DNA of 64,000 nt from Octopus sinensis (taxonomy: Eukaryota): contig NC_043015.1 in the NCBI RefSeq assembly GCF_006345805.1, positions 27,776,001 to 27,840,000 on the forward strand, given 5' to 3'. The notes under the pieces were generated by a model that worked only from the letters and a program-made list of their open reading frames with translations, was not told the DNA's origin and did not search any database. The translations under genes were made by a program, and so were the position numbers. The first letter of the stretch is position 1. Each line of letters opens with the position of its first letter. Positions 1 through 12,810 of this stretch are shown here, piece by piece.

Positions 1-90
1 TCTAGCCATCTGGCTTGCCAGTCCTCAATCAAACTGTCCAACCCATGCCAGCATGGAAAGCGGACGTTAGACAATGATGATGATGATGAT
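1..90 (+). mobile_element. 3' tail of OK-type SINE / RTE LINE, cut by window edge
   Basis: CCAACCCATGCCAGCATGGAAAGCGGACGTT followed by (GAT)n; same terminus as the RTE copy ending at about 31337. Confidence 0.8.
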
Positions 91-321
91 TCCTTCCTAT
101 TTTGTTTTTGCACTCAGTTCATCATTCATTTTAAATTATATCTCCTGCAAGTTAACTTGGCATTCCTTAATGACAATTTAATCTTCATATGATTAAAGTA
201 TCTTCAGCCTGATGAGTAGCTAGTGGAGTACCCTTCATTTGGGTAATTATTACTTCCAAAGATCTGCTAGCTAGGAAACATATGTAGCCTAGATTATACC
301 TGCTTCATTCCCTCTATTTGG

Positions 322-391
<70 letters not shown>

Positions 392-400
392 TATATATAT

Positions 401-737
401 ACTCTTTTACTTGTTTCAGTCATTTGACTGTGGCCAAGCTGGAGCACTGCCTTTAGTCGAGCAAATCGACCCCGGGACTTATTCTTTGTAAGTCCAGTAC
501 TTATTCTATCGGTCTCTTTTGCCGAACCAGCATCGGTTGTCAAGCAATGCTAGGTGGACAAACACAGACACACAAACATATACACACACACCTATATATA
601 TATACATATATACGACAGGCTTCTTTCAGTTTCCATCTACCAAATCCATTCACAAGGCATTGGTCGGCCCGGGGCTATAGCAGAAGACACTTGCCCAAGA
701 TGCCACGCAGTGGGACTGAACCCAGAACCATGTGGTT
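401..737 (-). mobile_element. tRNA-derived SINE (octopus OR-type), internally deleted
   Basis: Reverse complement matches the copies at 17908-18326 and 63042-63447; flanked by (TA)n. Confidence 0.85.
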
Positions 738-1689
738 ATATATATATATATCACATTTGTATACAAAGATATACCAACCAAAAGCACATCTTAATTCATA
801 CAAAACTGAGGTAAATCTAAAGTGTTTCATAAAAATTTAATGATTTCAGAGCTATGACAATCATCTATGAAATATAAATGCAACAGAATTGTAAGACAAA
901 AGTTACCTCAAATAAAACAGAATCGTCAAATAACTTAATTGTTAACTATGTATAGTTTCAACAAGTTATTTTCTTCTGTCTTTAGCTGGATTTGCACTAC
1001 AATAGCTATAGTGGAAGTTATATAAATAGTCTAGCTTCATATAGCAAGAACTAGCTACCAGTCATTGTATGACCTTCTGTGTAACAAGAAGTAAGGATGA
1101 ATCACTCATTAAATGGAATTGCATTGAAAACATCTTCCCTTAGAAAGTTCATTTAAGGGCTTTAAAGTATTCAACTGCTATAGTAATAAATTTATAAATG
1201 AAAAATCTTACAATCAACAAAAAATAATGTAATATACAAGGCTTGTAGATGTACGAGTGCCAATCAAGAATGTGTTCATAGTTTATACAAAATTTTGAAA
1301 AATGGTTAATGAAATATCTAACAATTTCAGGGATTTGATAATTGTCTACAAAATAGAAATGTGATAGAATACTAAATGCATGTATGTATATAGGCATATT
1401 TGTATATATATTTATGTATATTATGTAGTAAATTAGAATAATATAGTCAAGTGGGATAAAATCTGACCTAAATTGAAACTATGGCAAATGATACTTCTCT
1501 TTTTCATAAACAGTTGTTGTTTATGGATGTCCAGTATATCTGATCAGTTTAATTAATTTACACATGCAATGCTAGCTTAAATCTATACGTTTATTCTGTT
1601 GAACATTGTACAAGAAAAGAAAATGGCTATCACTAATGCATCAGTAATACATTGCCAACATGTAACACAGACGTTAAATATTGATGATG

Positions 1690-1720
<31 letters not shown>

Positions 1721-2249
1721 CGACGACGACGATGATAGCTGTGTCAACTCACAGACAAAAATGACCGTCACTGACATTTTTTTATCCTGGATATTAAAGA
1801 TAGTGGCAGTCAGTAATGCCCATGCTGGAGTTAACAACTTGCACAACACTACTAAGTCTCTCACCTCCACAGCCAGTTAGATCAGAAGCAAGATCTCAGA
1901 CTATGCAATGAGGCAAGGATTATTTGGGATTATTGTTCAGTTAAGATCTCTAAAAAAAGACTAGGGGTCTCTCACTTCCAGCTGTAGAGTGGCCCTTGAC
2001 TCTACAGTGTTCATATGTCTTTTGGTGGGTTTTGTTCTTTCATCCTGTAAGGTATCCATGAAAACCACCTTCCTTACAAAGCACACATACATACATCAAT
2101 ATGTGTATAGAGGACTGTTCATTCCCCTGGATAATGAATACTATCCCCTATAATTATTGCCATTAATGTAAGCCTGGTAAAAGAAATGGTGGTTTTGTTT
2201 GAGTAAATGCAAAGGATCAACCTTTTTTGAAAAGACTGCAGCAGTAATC

Positions 2250-5190
2250 AAACAATGAAATGCAAATCATGTGGAAAAATTACTATGCATACACTGTGGT
2301 GTCAAAAGAACTAGAAGTCAGTAGATCACGGAACTATTGCGAATAATTGCAGTGGACTTTTAAATTGAACCAGTTCTACAGAAAAGCTAGGGAAGAACCT
2401 TCAATAGGTTACATAAGGAAACTTGAAGAATATTGGAATAATAAATAACCAGCATTCTCAAATTTTTCAGCAAAACAATTATGCCAGAAAGTTGCATTTG
2501 CTGAAAAGAAATATGTCACTTTACCAAACAAAATCACTCTGTCAAAATGCACAAATGATAATATTTTTAATAACAACACAATAATCTTTTTCCATGATGT
2601 GCCAGTGAACAATAAGAAATACAACCAAGATGAACACAGCAAATAACAAACTGCCACCACTACACAGACATGTAACAACTACTTATGATCCTACAAAAAC
2701 AAGTGAGGAACATCATAAAATACTAAAATCACAGCTTGAATCGAATTTTAGGCAGAATTTCACTACTTATACACATAAAGCACTGTGTGAGAGACAACAC
2801 AAATTGGGGAAAAAATCACGGACCTGGTGTTACCTATGATCAACACAATGGCAAGAGAACAAGTAATTGAAATAAAAAATCCCAGCTTTTGGACAATATC
2901 CTGCTATATTTTTTCACAGTAATTGTGCCCCAACAAATGGGAGTAAGAGAGACACATACAAAGGATAATACAGAACCAAAATGGATTGCCGCACTCCAAA
3001 AGAGCATCAATGGTCTCAGGAAGAAATAAAACAGTTGGACCCTCATCAAATACAAAGGCAAAAATGGGTTGACAAATCACCAGGTACGACTGCATGATAG
3101 GTTCTCCAAATTGTATGGGAATTGCTGCCAAGAAACACTCACCGGGAAATTTATTATCCTCAAACAAGGTTTATGAGTGGTAAGGGAAAAACTTCATTAT
3201 TGTAAAAATATTACGGGAATGAAAAATAGTAAACTGAAAGTTTGCCCCAAATCTACAAGCTGTAGATCGCAGTATGGAAGGTGATACCATCAAAGTTGTT
3301 AACACTCCTCTCCAGGAAGACCTATAGGAATATTGGCAGGGAATCTGGAATGTAAACAAAGAACACGACCATGATGCAGCATGCTTAAGTGACTTACGAA
3401 GGGAGAATTATATAAATGTCTCTCCCAAAACATAACATCACCAGTGAAACACACTTGATGGTTATCATGAAACTGCCAAATGGAAAATCACTTGGAGAGA
3501 CCTGATAGTAGGCAACTGGTACCAAAAAAAGTTCATGTTCTACAGGGAAATTCTTATGAGCCTGTTTAAAAAGCAATGGACACTAAACTAGATATACTAG
3601 ATTGGCAGACGGTTGCATGCTCTACTTTTATCCCTAAGAATAAAGAGACCCATATGGCCAGAAATGATAGGCCCATAGCAAGCTTGAATGTTATGTTCAA
3701 ACTGTACGTAGGTTAGTTGAACATGTTTCAACAAGACCACAGCCAAACTAATGGTGTGATAACAGATGGATGGGCAGGAGGAAAGAAAAAACAGCTACTC
3801 TTCAACAAAGTTGTCCTTAAGGAATCCAAGCAATCATCATCATCATCGTCGTCGTCGTCATTTAATGTCTGCTTTCCATGCTGGCATGGGTTGGACGGTT
3901 TGACTGAGGACTGATGAGACAGAGGCTGCACCAGGTTCAATCTGATCAGGCAAAGTTTCTACAGCTGGATGCCCTTCCTAATGCCACCAATGTCACTAAT
4001 CTCTTAATGATATGGCTAGACTACAAGAAGGCATTCTACTTTGTGCTTCATTCATGGATACTACAATCATTACACCTTGCCAAAGCACTGGCTGTTATAG
4101 CAAATGCCATTGAATGACTGACCACAACACGACAACTACTAAAGCAACACCTATTGTTACAGACATAATTAAGCTTTCAACAGGCATATTCCAAGGAGTT
4201 TATCTGTAATGTTGTTTGTGTTAGCAGAGGATCCCTTGTCAGCCTTGTTATCAAAATGCCAAGGCTGGGATATGCAGAAAAGAATAAAATTATGTCAACC
4301 ACACATTTTTTGTCGATGACCTAATGTTATATTCTGATAATATGATCAACATCAAGAGACAATTAGAACTAGTAACACAATTCTCATCAGATATTAGAAT
4401 GGGGGTTGGGCAAGACAAATGCTCATACATGTCGAGTGAGGAAAGATTGTCAACCATGCGGAGAACATGTACATCATTGGTTTATCTATCTCCTCCATTT
4501 CTAATGATGAAAGCTACAATTGATGAGCTTGGAATTGATGAGAATGTTGCATACATAAGTGCTGTGATTAAAGCCATGTAGACTCTGGAAAATATAGAAC
4601 TCATTGCTGTCTGCATTAACAAGACCACATCTCACAATGCTTTGGCAAACAGAATGCTAGTACCAACATGTGGAATATTGAACTGGACACTCAATGAAAT
4701 ATGCAGCCTTGACATCAAAACCAGAAATGTACAGACCATCACTGGCAACTTCCACATTAACAATGACATCAATAGGATTTATGTGACGAAGTTATGGTGG
4801 TAGAGGTAAAAGGTCAGTCTTAACAGCCTTTGAGTGTCATATTGTATCACTCAGACAATATCTGCTGAACAGTAAAGAAAAAAATGAGTACATTCCATGC
4901 ATACTCAAAAGTGTGTGCAGCAACATGTTCAGTTGGAGAACTACTGTGCAGGTACTCTGAGAATAAAACTGTGTCATACGACCCAAAGGAGGCTATACTG
5001 ACTGACCTAAACAGAAGTTTGGAGGAGAAGCAGGCAAAAAAACAATGCATGGGTCCATATTCCATAAGCTAGAGGGCAACAAGAAGAGTAGCCACTTTTG
5101 GACCAGCAAGAGAAACATTACATCTCACCTAGAAGGATAAACCTTTGCTATTCAGGCACAGAAGATAGCTACTAGATACCTGATTACCAA
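2250..5190 (+). mobile_element. Heavily degenerate R4/Dong-clade non-LTR retrotransposon
   Basis: Broken-frame RT motifs: WLDYKKAF..HSWI (3914-4117), GIFQG (about 4185), FVDDLMLY (about 4315), FSSDIRMGVGQDKC, and EG.FAIQ (about 5140); many stops; ends approximate. Confidence 0.7.
3833..3988 (-). mobile_element. OK-type SINE / RTE tail inserted into the R4 relic
   Basis: (CAT)n(CGT)n tail then TTTCCATGCTGGCATGGGTTGGACGG...GGATGCCCTTCCTAATGCC. Confidence 0.85.
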
Positions 5191-5206
5191 GACGGAAAAC
5201 CTCCAT

Positions 5207-5900
5207 CATCATCATCACAATTATCATCGTTGTTGTCATTATTTAATGTTCGTTTTCCATGATGGGATGGGTTGGATTGGTAAGACTAGGAGACACATCA
5301 CACTCCCTTGTCTGTTTTGGTTTGGTTTCTAGGGCGAGATGCCCTTCATAACACCAACCACTCCACAGAGTGTACTGAGAGCCTTTTAGGTGGCACCAGC
5401 ACCCACACTAATGTTTTTTTACATGACACTTTGGTTTCAGAATCTCAATTCTGTTGTGGTGTGTGGGTCTTCTTGAGTACGGCAATGTGCCACGTATCTC
5501 TGTCCTCTGTCATCTCCTTCATAAGCCTCAGTGTTTCGAGATCAGCCTTCAGCACTTCGTCCCGTGTCTTCTGGGTTTCCCTCTTCCAAAACTGCCATCC
5601 TTTTAACGTGATCAGCACTGCTTTATGCCTAATACACTCCATCATCATCATCCTCTCCTCTACTTCCTGTCATCACCCCATTTCACTCTGTCTGCTATCA
5701 CACTCCAGACATTCTAGATCTCTATCATCACACTGTTTTCTTGGTAGCCCCAGCCTTCTCACATCTCAAGGCCATCCCAATCATATTAAATATATCTATC
5801 TTGCAAAACCAATTGTTCTTATCCCTATCACACATCCTGCTCAAATCACTGTCATACATCATTGTCACTTTCTAAAGAAACTGGTGAATAAGCAGACATA
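5207..5900 (-). mobile_element. Degenerate 3' end of RTE LINE
   Basis: ORF 5445-5651 (RDEVLKADLETLRLMKEMTEDRDTWHIAV) resembles the RTE C-terminus at 13366-14043; followed by OK-like tail and (CAT)n. Confidence 0.7.
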
Positions 5901-5974
5901 AGACTGTGAAATTCCCATACTTTTAGTTGAGGACATGACATTTCTCTTGTGCTGATGCCAGAGAAAAAGACCAG

Positions 5975-6175
5975 AGTACAGTCTGTAAAGTGGTTGGTGT
6001 TAGAAAGAATATCCAGCCATAGAAAGCAAGCTATAAATGAAAAAACATGAATAACATGAGGTCTTCCAACCAATGTAGGTGAGCACTTCTTTCAAATATA
6101 TGCTAACTTCAACTCTGACAGACTGTATGACTCAAGCCAGCATGGAAAGTGTTCATCAAATGATGAAGAGGATGA
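5975..6175 (+). mobile_element. Degenerate OK-type SINE tail
   Basis: TTAGAAAGAATATCCAGCCATAGAAA ... CCAGCATGGAAAG ... (GAT)-like end. Confidence 0.5.
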
Positions 6176-6420
6176 GAAATGGGAAGTTGGTATGTATGTG
6201 TGTGATATATATATAAAATATGTGTGTATAAAATATGTGGGGAAGTGTATGCAGGCATGAGTGTGTGTGTGTGTGTGTTCACCAAATTCTCTAAAATTAA
6301 ATTAGATACTGTCTTAGAAATTACAGCCACAGTTAAGCATTTCTATCACATGTAAAACATTTTTTAAAAATCATTATTCTCCAGCTTATATATTCTGATT
6401 TAAACCTTCACTCACATCAC

Positions 6421-6426
<6 letters not shown>

Positions 6427-6505
<79 letters not shown>

Positions 6506-6512
6506 CTATCTA

Positions 6513-6583
<71 letters not shown>

Positions 6584-6630
6584 CTATCTATCTATCTATC
6601 TATCTCTCTATCTATCTATCTATCTATCTC

Positions 6631-6697
<67 letters not shown>

Positions 6698-6715
6698 CAC
6701 TCTATCTATCTATCT
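6427..6715 (+). repeat. Compound (CT)n then (CTAT)n microsatellite
   Basis: Read directly. Confidence 0.98.
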
Positions 6716-7293
6716 AGGTAGCTATCTAGCTATCACATTTTTATTTCAGACATGTTTTCACAACTTTTCTCTTTCTTTTAATCATATTTGCAGTAATTAG
6801 CTACAAGTTATCACATTCCATTATTTCCTATACACCCAAGTGAATTTAATATATAACTTCTGCTACTTGATTTGTCACAAGTGTGATAAATGAAAGATTC
6901 ACAAGACTGACTTTCATAATTGCTAAATTCCTTTAGCAGATATTAATTCTCTGAAGTTCATCAAAATTATTATCTTTGGATGGACAATTTGTGTGTGTGT
7001 GTGTGTGTGTGGTAGATATTTTTTTTCTTTTACTTTTAGAAATTTTGGAATCAAAGGAAAAAAACTATGACTTTCCTTAATAATCTATGAAGAGACTTGA
7101 TTATAACTACTGCCAAGATTTCTAAGAGAAATTTCTGTGATAAAACTTATATGAAAAAGAAGCAAAACAAAAAAAAAAAAAAGATGCAATAAAACTCACC
7201 ATAACTAACAGAAAATTTTAAGCTAAATTAAACATAGGCTTTATTTCCACTGCATACCACTAAAATAGATCAAATAATAATAATAATAATAAT

Positions 7294-7506
7294 CATTTTT
7301 ACTGGAACAACAAAGCTTCAGATTTCGGGGAAAGGATTAATTCGATTATATTTACCCCAGTACTCAACTGGTACTTATTTTACTGCCTCCAGAAGGATGA
7401 AAAGCTAAATCGACCTTGGTAGAATTTGAACACAGAACAGAGTGACAGGCAAATTACCACTAAGCATTTCATCCAGCATGCTAACAACTCTGCCAGCTCA
7501 CTGACT
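7294..7506 (-). mobile_element. Second tRNA-derived SINE family, within (AAT)n
   Basis: Reverse complement gives a tRNA-like head (GAGCTGGCAGAGTTGTTAGCATG...GTTCAAATTC) and central TAAGTACCAGTTGAGTACTGGGG; (AAT)n on both sides. Confidence 0.75.
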
Positions 7507-7507
7507 T

Positions 7508-7520
7508 AATAATAATAATG

Positions 7521-7568
<48 letters not shown>

Positions 7569-7681
7569 GTGGTGGTGGTGGTGGTGGTGGTGGTGGCGGC
7601 AGCAGCGGCAGCAGCGGCAGCAGCGGCAGCAGCGGCAGCAGCGGCAGCAGCGGCAGCAGCGGCAGCAGCGGCAGCAGCGGC

Positions 7682-7720
<39 letters not shown>

Positions 7721-7782
7721 TGTAGTTGTTGTAGTAGTTATCATTATTGTCATTGTTGATATTATTATTATCATTATTATTA
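7508..7782 (+). repeat. Compound trinucleotide array (AAT)n-(GGT)n-(GGCAGCAGC)n-(AGT)n-(TGT/ATT)n
   Basis: Read directly; gives the poly-I/V/A artefact ORFs. Confidence 0.97.
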
Positions 7783-7784
7783 TT

Positions 7785-7890
7785 TCAGGGTTGAGGAAGT
7801 AAGTACCAGTTAAGTACTGACATTGATGTAATCAGCTTCCCCTTCCCCTCAAAATGTTTGGCCTTGTACCAAAATTAGAAGGAACTATTA
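7785..7890 (+). mobile_element. 3' half of second SINE family
   Basis: TAAGTACCAGTTAAGTACTG..GATGTAATC..GGCCTTGTACCAAAATTAGAA then (ATT)n; opposite orientation to 7294-7506. Confidence 0.6.
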
Positions 7891-8771
7891 TTATTACTGT
7901 GTGTGTCTGTGTGCTTATTATTATTAAAAAGATAACAATAATTATGGCTACACACTCATCTTTCTACTTTCTTAATTTCGAGGGTGTGTGTTTTCCTTAA
8001 TCAATAATCACATAAAACAAACCAATAAAAGACGGGATAAGAAGTTAAATATAATTGCTTGAAACCTATTATCTTTATTCACGTTGTTTGCTGATTATTT
8101 CCAATTCTGAGTGACACGGCTGTCAAAGAATCTTAACTGATTATCACGTCAGAAAACGTGCTTCTTCACACTTGCACACACACACACACACAAACACCCA
8201 CCCACAAACACACACACACATACACACACACACACAGAGTCATGCATGTACAAACAAATTCATTTTATAAACAAGTCATATATAAGTACACAAACACATA
8301 AATGCATACATACATACACACACACAGAAAAGCTCACACACATAACATGTGCACACACACACACACACACTAGCAGACACTTTTATCAAAGTTACAATAA
8401 GATAGCGACATATTTCTTTCGATTAACTTTGTTGAAAGATTTAAAGACATCTTAGATAAATTGTAAAGATCTAAATAAATAGAGTTGATATATTCAGGTA
8501 ACATTATTAATGGACAATTTTAATACCATATATTTGAAGAGGCCGGGTAACCTCCACCCTCACTATCATCATCTTCTCAGACTCCTATCAATACATACTT
8601 ATCACCATCGATCATCTAATTCCATTTATTTTTCTTGACCTATTCCAGTTCAATTCATTTGCCTTTTTTAAAAAATAATGACAGCTTCTTAATTTTTATA
8701 TAAAAATGATGAATTTAATAATTTTTACTATGATAGTTATTAGTTTAAGGAAAAAATTAATAGTAGAACCA

Positions 8772-8773
<2 letters not shown>

Positions 8774-8821
<48 letters not shown>

Positions 8822-8895
8822 GATAATAGTAATAACAATAATACTAATAACAATAATAATAATAACAATAATAACAATGACCATAACAACAAACT
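8774..8895 (+). repeat. (AAT)n/(AAC)n microsatellite
   Basis: Read directly. Confidence 0.95.
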
Positions 8896-10241
8896 AATAA
8901 AAATCGATGTTGATTCTAAACAATTAGATAAAGAAAAATACAATTGTAAAGAAAAGATTTTGATAAATGATTTTATAGATATTGTAAATACCTAACTGTT
9001 GATTTAACCCATTCAGTATGTTTATCGAAGCATGGAACCAATATATAAATAAACATAACCGATTAAAATTTTGCCTGTCAATAAAATGATTGAAGTCTTC
9101 TATACCCAAAGATGTAGAACCAATAGCTTGTAATATATTCTTTTACCTATAAAGAACCATTTTATAACACTATAGAGCAAAATTTTAAATCAAATTTAAT
9201 CTTAGCAGTAGGGATTCTTGAGAGGTTTGAACATGTTTTGGACACTGTTGTTGTTGGTTATATCTTTGTATTTTGTCCTGCTTGTCTTGGTTATTTAGTT
9301 CGTTGATGCTCTTGTAGTTCTGAACTTACCAAAGTAAAACAGAAGAGAATCATTTGGATGCAAAACAGAATGGACTGTTTGCAAATTTAGACATTGTGAA
9401 AATAATTTGTTTTATTCATTCACAGACCTCATTGACCATTAATTACTCTTTGTGAATTATAATATGATGTTGTTTAGTGCCAGGGAGGGCCCTAATTAAG
9501 AAGAGCCATACAGGATAAAAAATTTTCAGGCCGTGACCATTCTGCCTTAATTATTTTTCAGGCATTACATGTCTAGGACTACGTATATTAATGCAGTCTT
9601 ACTAGAAAATGTACTTCTTTACACACCGATATTCAGACAACTATGGACACATGCATGCACACACACACACACAGTTACATTGTCAAACATAGTCTTAGGT
9701 ACCATTGCTTTTAAATAGGTTGTGATTTAAGGGAAATTCGACTGCAATTTCTTGCAAGTTGAGCAAGGACATAGAAGCTGATGATGATGATGATGATGAT
9801 TGTTTTTATGTCAATCTTGTGCTCATTGTACCTGCTCATCAGTTGAATCTCTCAAGTTATCAGTTAAAAGCCTAACCAACTCTCATCATTGTAAATCAGT
9901 GAAATGATTAAAATTTATTTATATGCTGAACTTATATCCACAGTTAAAGCTGAGTTGATGAAGGAAGCTTTATTGTAATGTTTTGAATGTGGCAAATTTG
10001 ACTTTAGCCATCTGGATGCAGGTGGTATCTCTCATGAGATATAAATCTACATAAATTGGTACAAAATAAAAAAAAAAGAGTTACAAAAATTTAAAGAAAT
10101 AAACATCAGGTTTCAATTTCTGAAAGGAATATTTGGAATTAGGCTGGAACTATTCTGACAGTTAACTTCCTCTTTAGAAATCAAAGCATTTTTAATATTT
10201 ACATCTTAGCCATGTTTCAAAAGGTTTGACTTATTACTAGA

Positions 10242-10308
10242 AAAAGCAGCAGCAGCAGCAGCAGTAGTAGCAGCAGCAGTAGTAGTAGTAGTAGTTAGTA
10301 GTAGTAGT

Positions 10309-10342
<34 letters not shown>

Positions 10343-10350
10343 ATAGCAGC
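10242..10350 (+). repeat. Compound (AGC)n/(AGT)n microsatellite
   Basis: Read directly. Confidence 0.95.
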
Positions 10351-10438
10351 AATGTTAAGTAAAAAGAAGTAGTAAAGCTTGTATTGCTTTTGGCTGCTGT
10401 TTGTATTTGTGTTGGTATCGTTGAGTAGAGTTGATGAA

Positions 10439-10609
10439 GCACTGCTTGACCAAATCCCATGTGACATGGCAGTAGTTGATCAGACCACATATGGCATGTC
10501 AGTAATTGACCAGATCACCTTTGGCATGGAAACAGTTGACCAAACCACATGCGACATAGCAGTAACTGAGCAGGTGACTTGTGGTAAGGAAGCAGTTGAC
10601 CAGACAAAG
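10439..10609 (+). repeat. Diverged 30-bp tandem repeat, about 5.7 units, possibly coding a 10-aa repeat
   Basis: Units start at 10439, 10469, 10499, 10529, 10559, 10589; translate as ALLDQIPCDM/AVVDQTTYGM/SVIDQITFGM/ETVDQTTCDI/AVTEQVTCGK/EAVDQTK. Confidence 0.85.
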
Positions 10610-11559
10610 CTTATTGACAGGTGTAATTCTTTTCTTGAATGAGAAACATATTCTGTGGCCTGGTTTGATACCTTCATCTAATTTAAGGATGTCTTTAGAA
10701 AAGTCCTTTTTGTGGTCATTCAGGCCAAAGTTCCAGCATAAGAGTACCCCATGAATCTAGAAGTCATTCTCTATTTTCCCCTATTTACTGAAACTCTGAG
10801 AAAGGATCGTAGGTACTGGTCTTTGTCTTCAGATTACACTATTAAAAAAGTAAAAATCTGGTTTCTTCAAGACATCTCAACATTGAAGAATCTGAAGTAA
10901 AACTCATTACTAAAATAAAGATGACATTCAGCAAATATTATCATGATCTATTTAGCAACTTCATAAATATAATTGTAACTGATAATATAAATTATTTCCT
11001 GATTTTTACCAAAGAAGGTCAGATGTCCTGTGAAAACAACTTTCATAGAATTTCGTTATTATATCATAAAAGAATGTGATGCAATGATTCAAGCAGTAGA
11101 GTTTTTGTTGTTGTTGTTGTTGATGTTGTTGTAGAACCTGTTGTTGTTTGCCACCAGGTTAGCCACAATCAAGCAGTGCTATGATCAAATACATTCTATT
11201 CATTATAAATATTGCCCTTTTTTAGGCACAATGTTGTGGTGAGAGTCATTGACATCCCTGTGGGATTGAAAGAATGGACAAGCCAAACTCTTATAAAAAG
11301 TAGTGTATTGGCTGAGACAAAGAGAGTCGTAGGAGTCGTTGAGAATTTGTAGAAGTCGTAGGAAGTCATTGACATCATTGGAGTGTCGTGCTTGGAGTAA
11401 TTTGGAGAATGTCATGTGAAGACAGTTGTGTCTTTCTCCACTTTGGGAAACCTGTATATCCAACAGATAGAAGGATACAAAACACAATATAACATGAGTT
11501 GAATAATACAGTGTGTTCTCTTACTATCTGTATGTGTTTGTGTTCTTTAGTATCAATGT

Positions 11560-12500
11560 ATGAATGTTGTTGTAGGAGATTCTTGAGAAGACCCACCCAT
11601 GTCAGCAAAACTGATTTCTAGAAGTACTGTGTGTCCCACCCACACATAATAAGAAAACATCTCACACACCTTACCACAACCTACCAAACTACATCTCTAT
11701 ATCTCTTCTCTTCCTCACATGTACTCCTTCTTGCACTATGCCTACCTCTCACTCCCCAGTCTTGTCTTCATGGACCTGTTTCTCTGTATCATTGCTATCC
11801 AGTAGCCCCCCACCCACTCTATATACCCAGGTTTCCATCACTCACTTAACCTCCCCACTCTCTAATCACACTTCTTTGGCAATGTCCTGCCACTTATATT
11901 ATGATCTTCGAACCTCAAGAGTATACCTTGGCACTCGCCACAATCTATATCTCTCTCGGCTTTTACTCAATCATCCCATTTATATTCTGATCCCTGCCCT
12001 TTATGAGTATACCCGGCACTTTGCCACCATCTCTTTCCTGCTGTCCCCCACTCTTTCTCTCCCCTTCTCCTGATCTTCCCTCAGGTTGGGTAACAATGTA
12101 TCTCCTTTATGGCAGCACACCTGTTTCTGTCCTCATCCCGTATCTCTCTCTCACTCTCAACTTAACTCTTTAGCTCTACTTTTCTCTCTCTCCCAACATT
12201 TTTTTCTCTCATCATTGTATTGTAGTTTAACTGACTGAGTACTCCACAGACACTTGTACTGTTATTGTCATCCTCTAGCAAAATCCGTGTGACAAGGCTG
12301 ATCCTTTCAATTGCAGATTCACTCCATCCAAGGGATTTGCACTCAATCTCCATCTCCCCAATTTCACTCAAATTTTGGACTGACCCAAGACTAAAGCAGA
12401 AAACACAGGACAATTTTTCCAAAATCCTTCTCAGGGGCTTCATCACTGAGATGTTAACATTGTAAATGTTTGATGAAACTAGTGTCAGCACCAACTATCA
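11560..12500 (-). mobile_element. Very old LINE relic (RTE-like RT C-terminal region)
   Basis: Weak motifs only (KWAGHC-like at about 11880-11900; ORF 12162-12494 resembles the RT segment after YADD). Confidence 0.35.
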
Positions 12501-12810
12501 TGCACACACACACACACACACACACACTACATGATCACAGATACATAGGAACTCCACACATGTACACATACATAAAGCTGCAATTAAATCAATGAAGCAG
12601 TGTAGAAACCACTACAAAGTCATTTAATCTCCAAACCATACTCTACTATATTAAATAAAGGAAGGACACATTGAAGAATGTAATTCCATATAACTCTAAA
12701 TAGATGAGATGGGATGATCATGGCTGAAATACCTCTGATTATAGGGTGGCTAGGTTGAGGCTGACCTTCAGCTACACACAAAGCATAGGCCAATATTCTA
12801 CAGTTTGAAA

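Noticed and set aside
755-1120. Possible small host exons (AG...GAG/GTAAAT at about 810; GAA/GTAAGG at about 1090)
   Set aside because: Splice-like dinucleotides are common by chance; the peptides are unrecognisable and there is no transcript evidence
7481-7802. Poly-Ile/Val/Ala/Thr ORFs (also 8696-8943, 16188-16733, 20695-21026)
   Set aside because: Trinucleotide microsatellites
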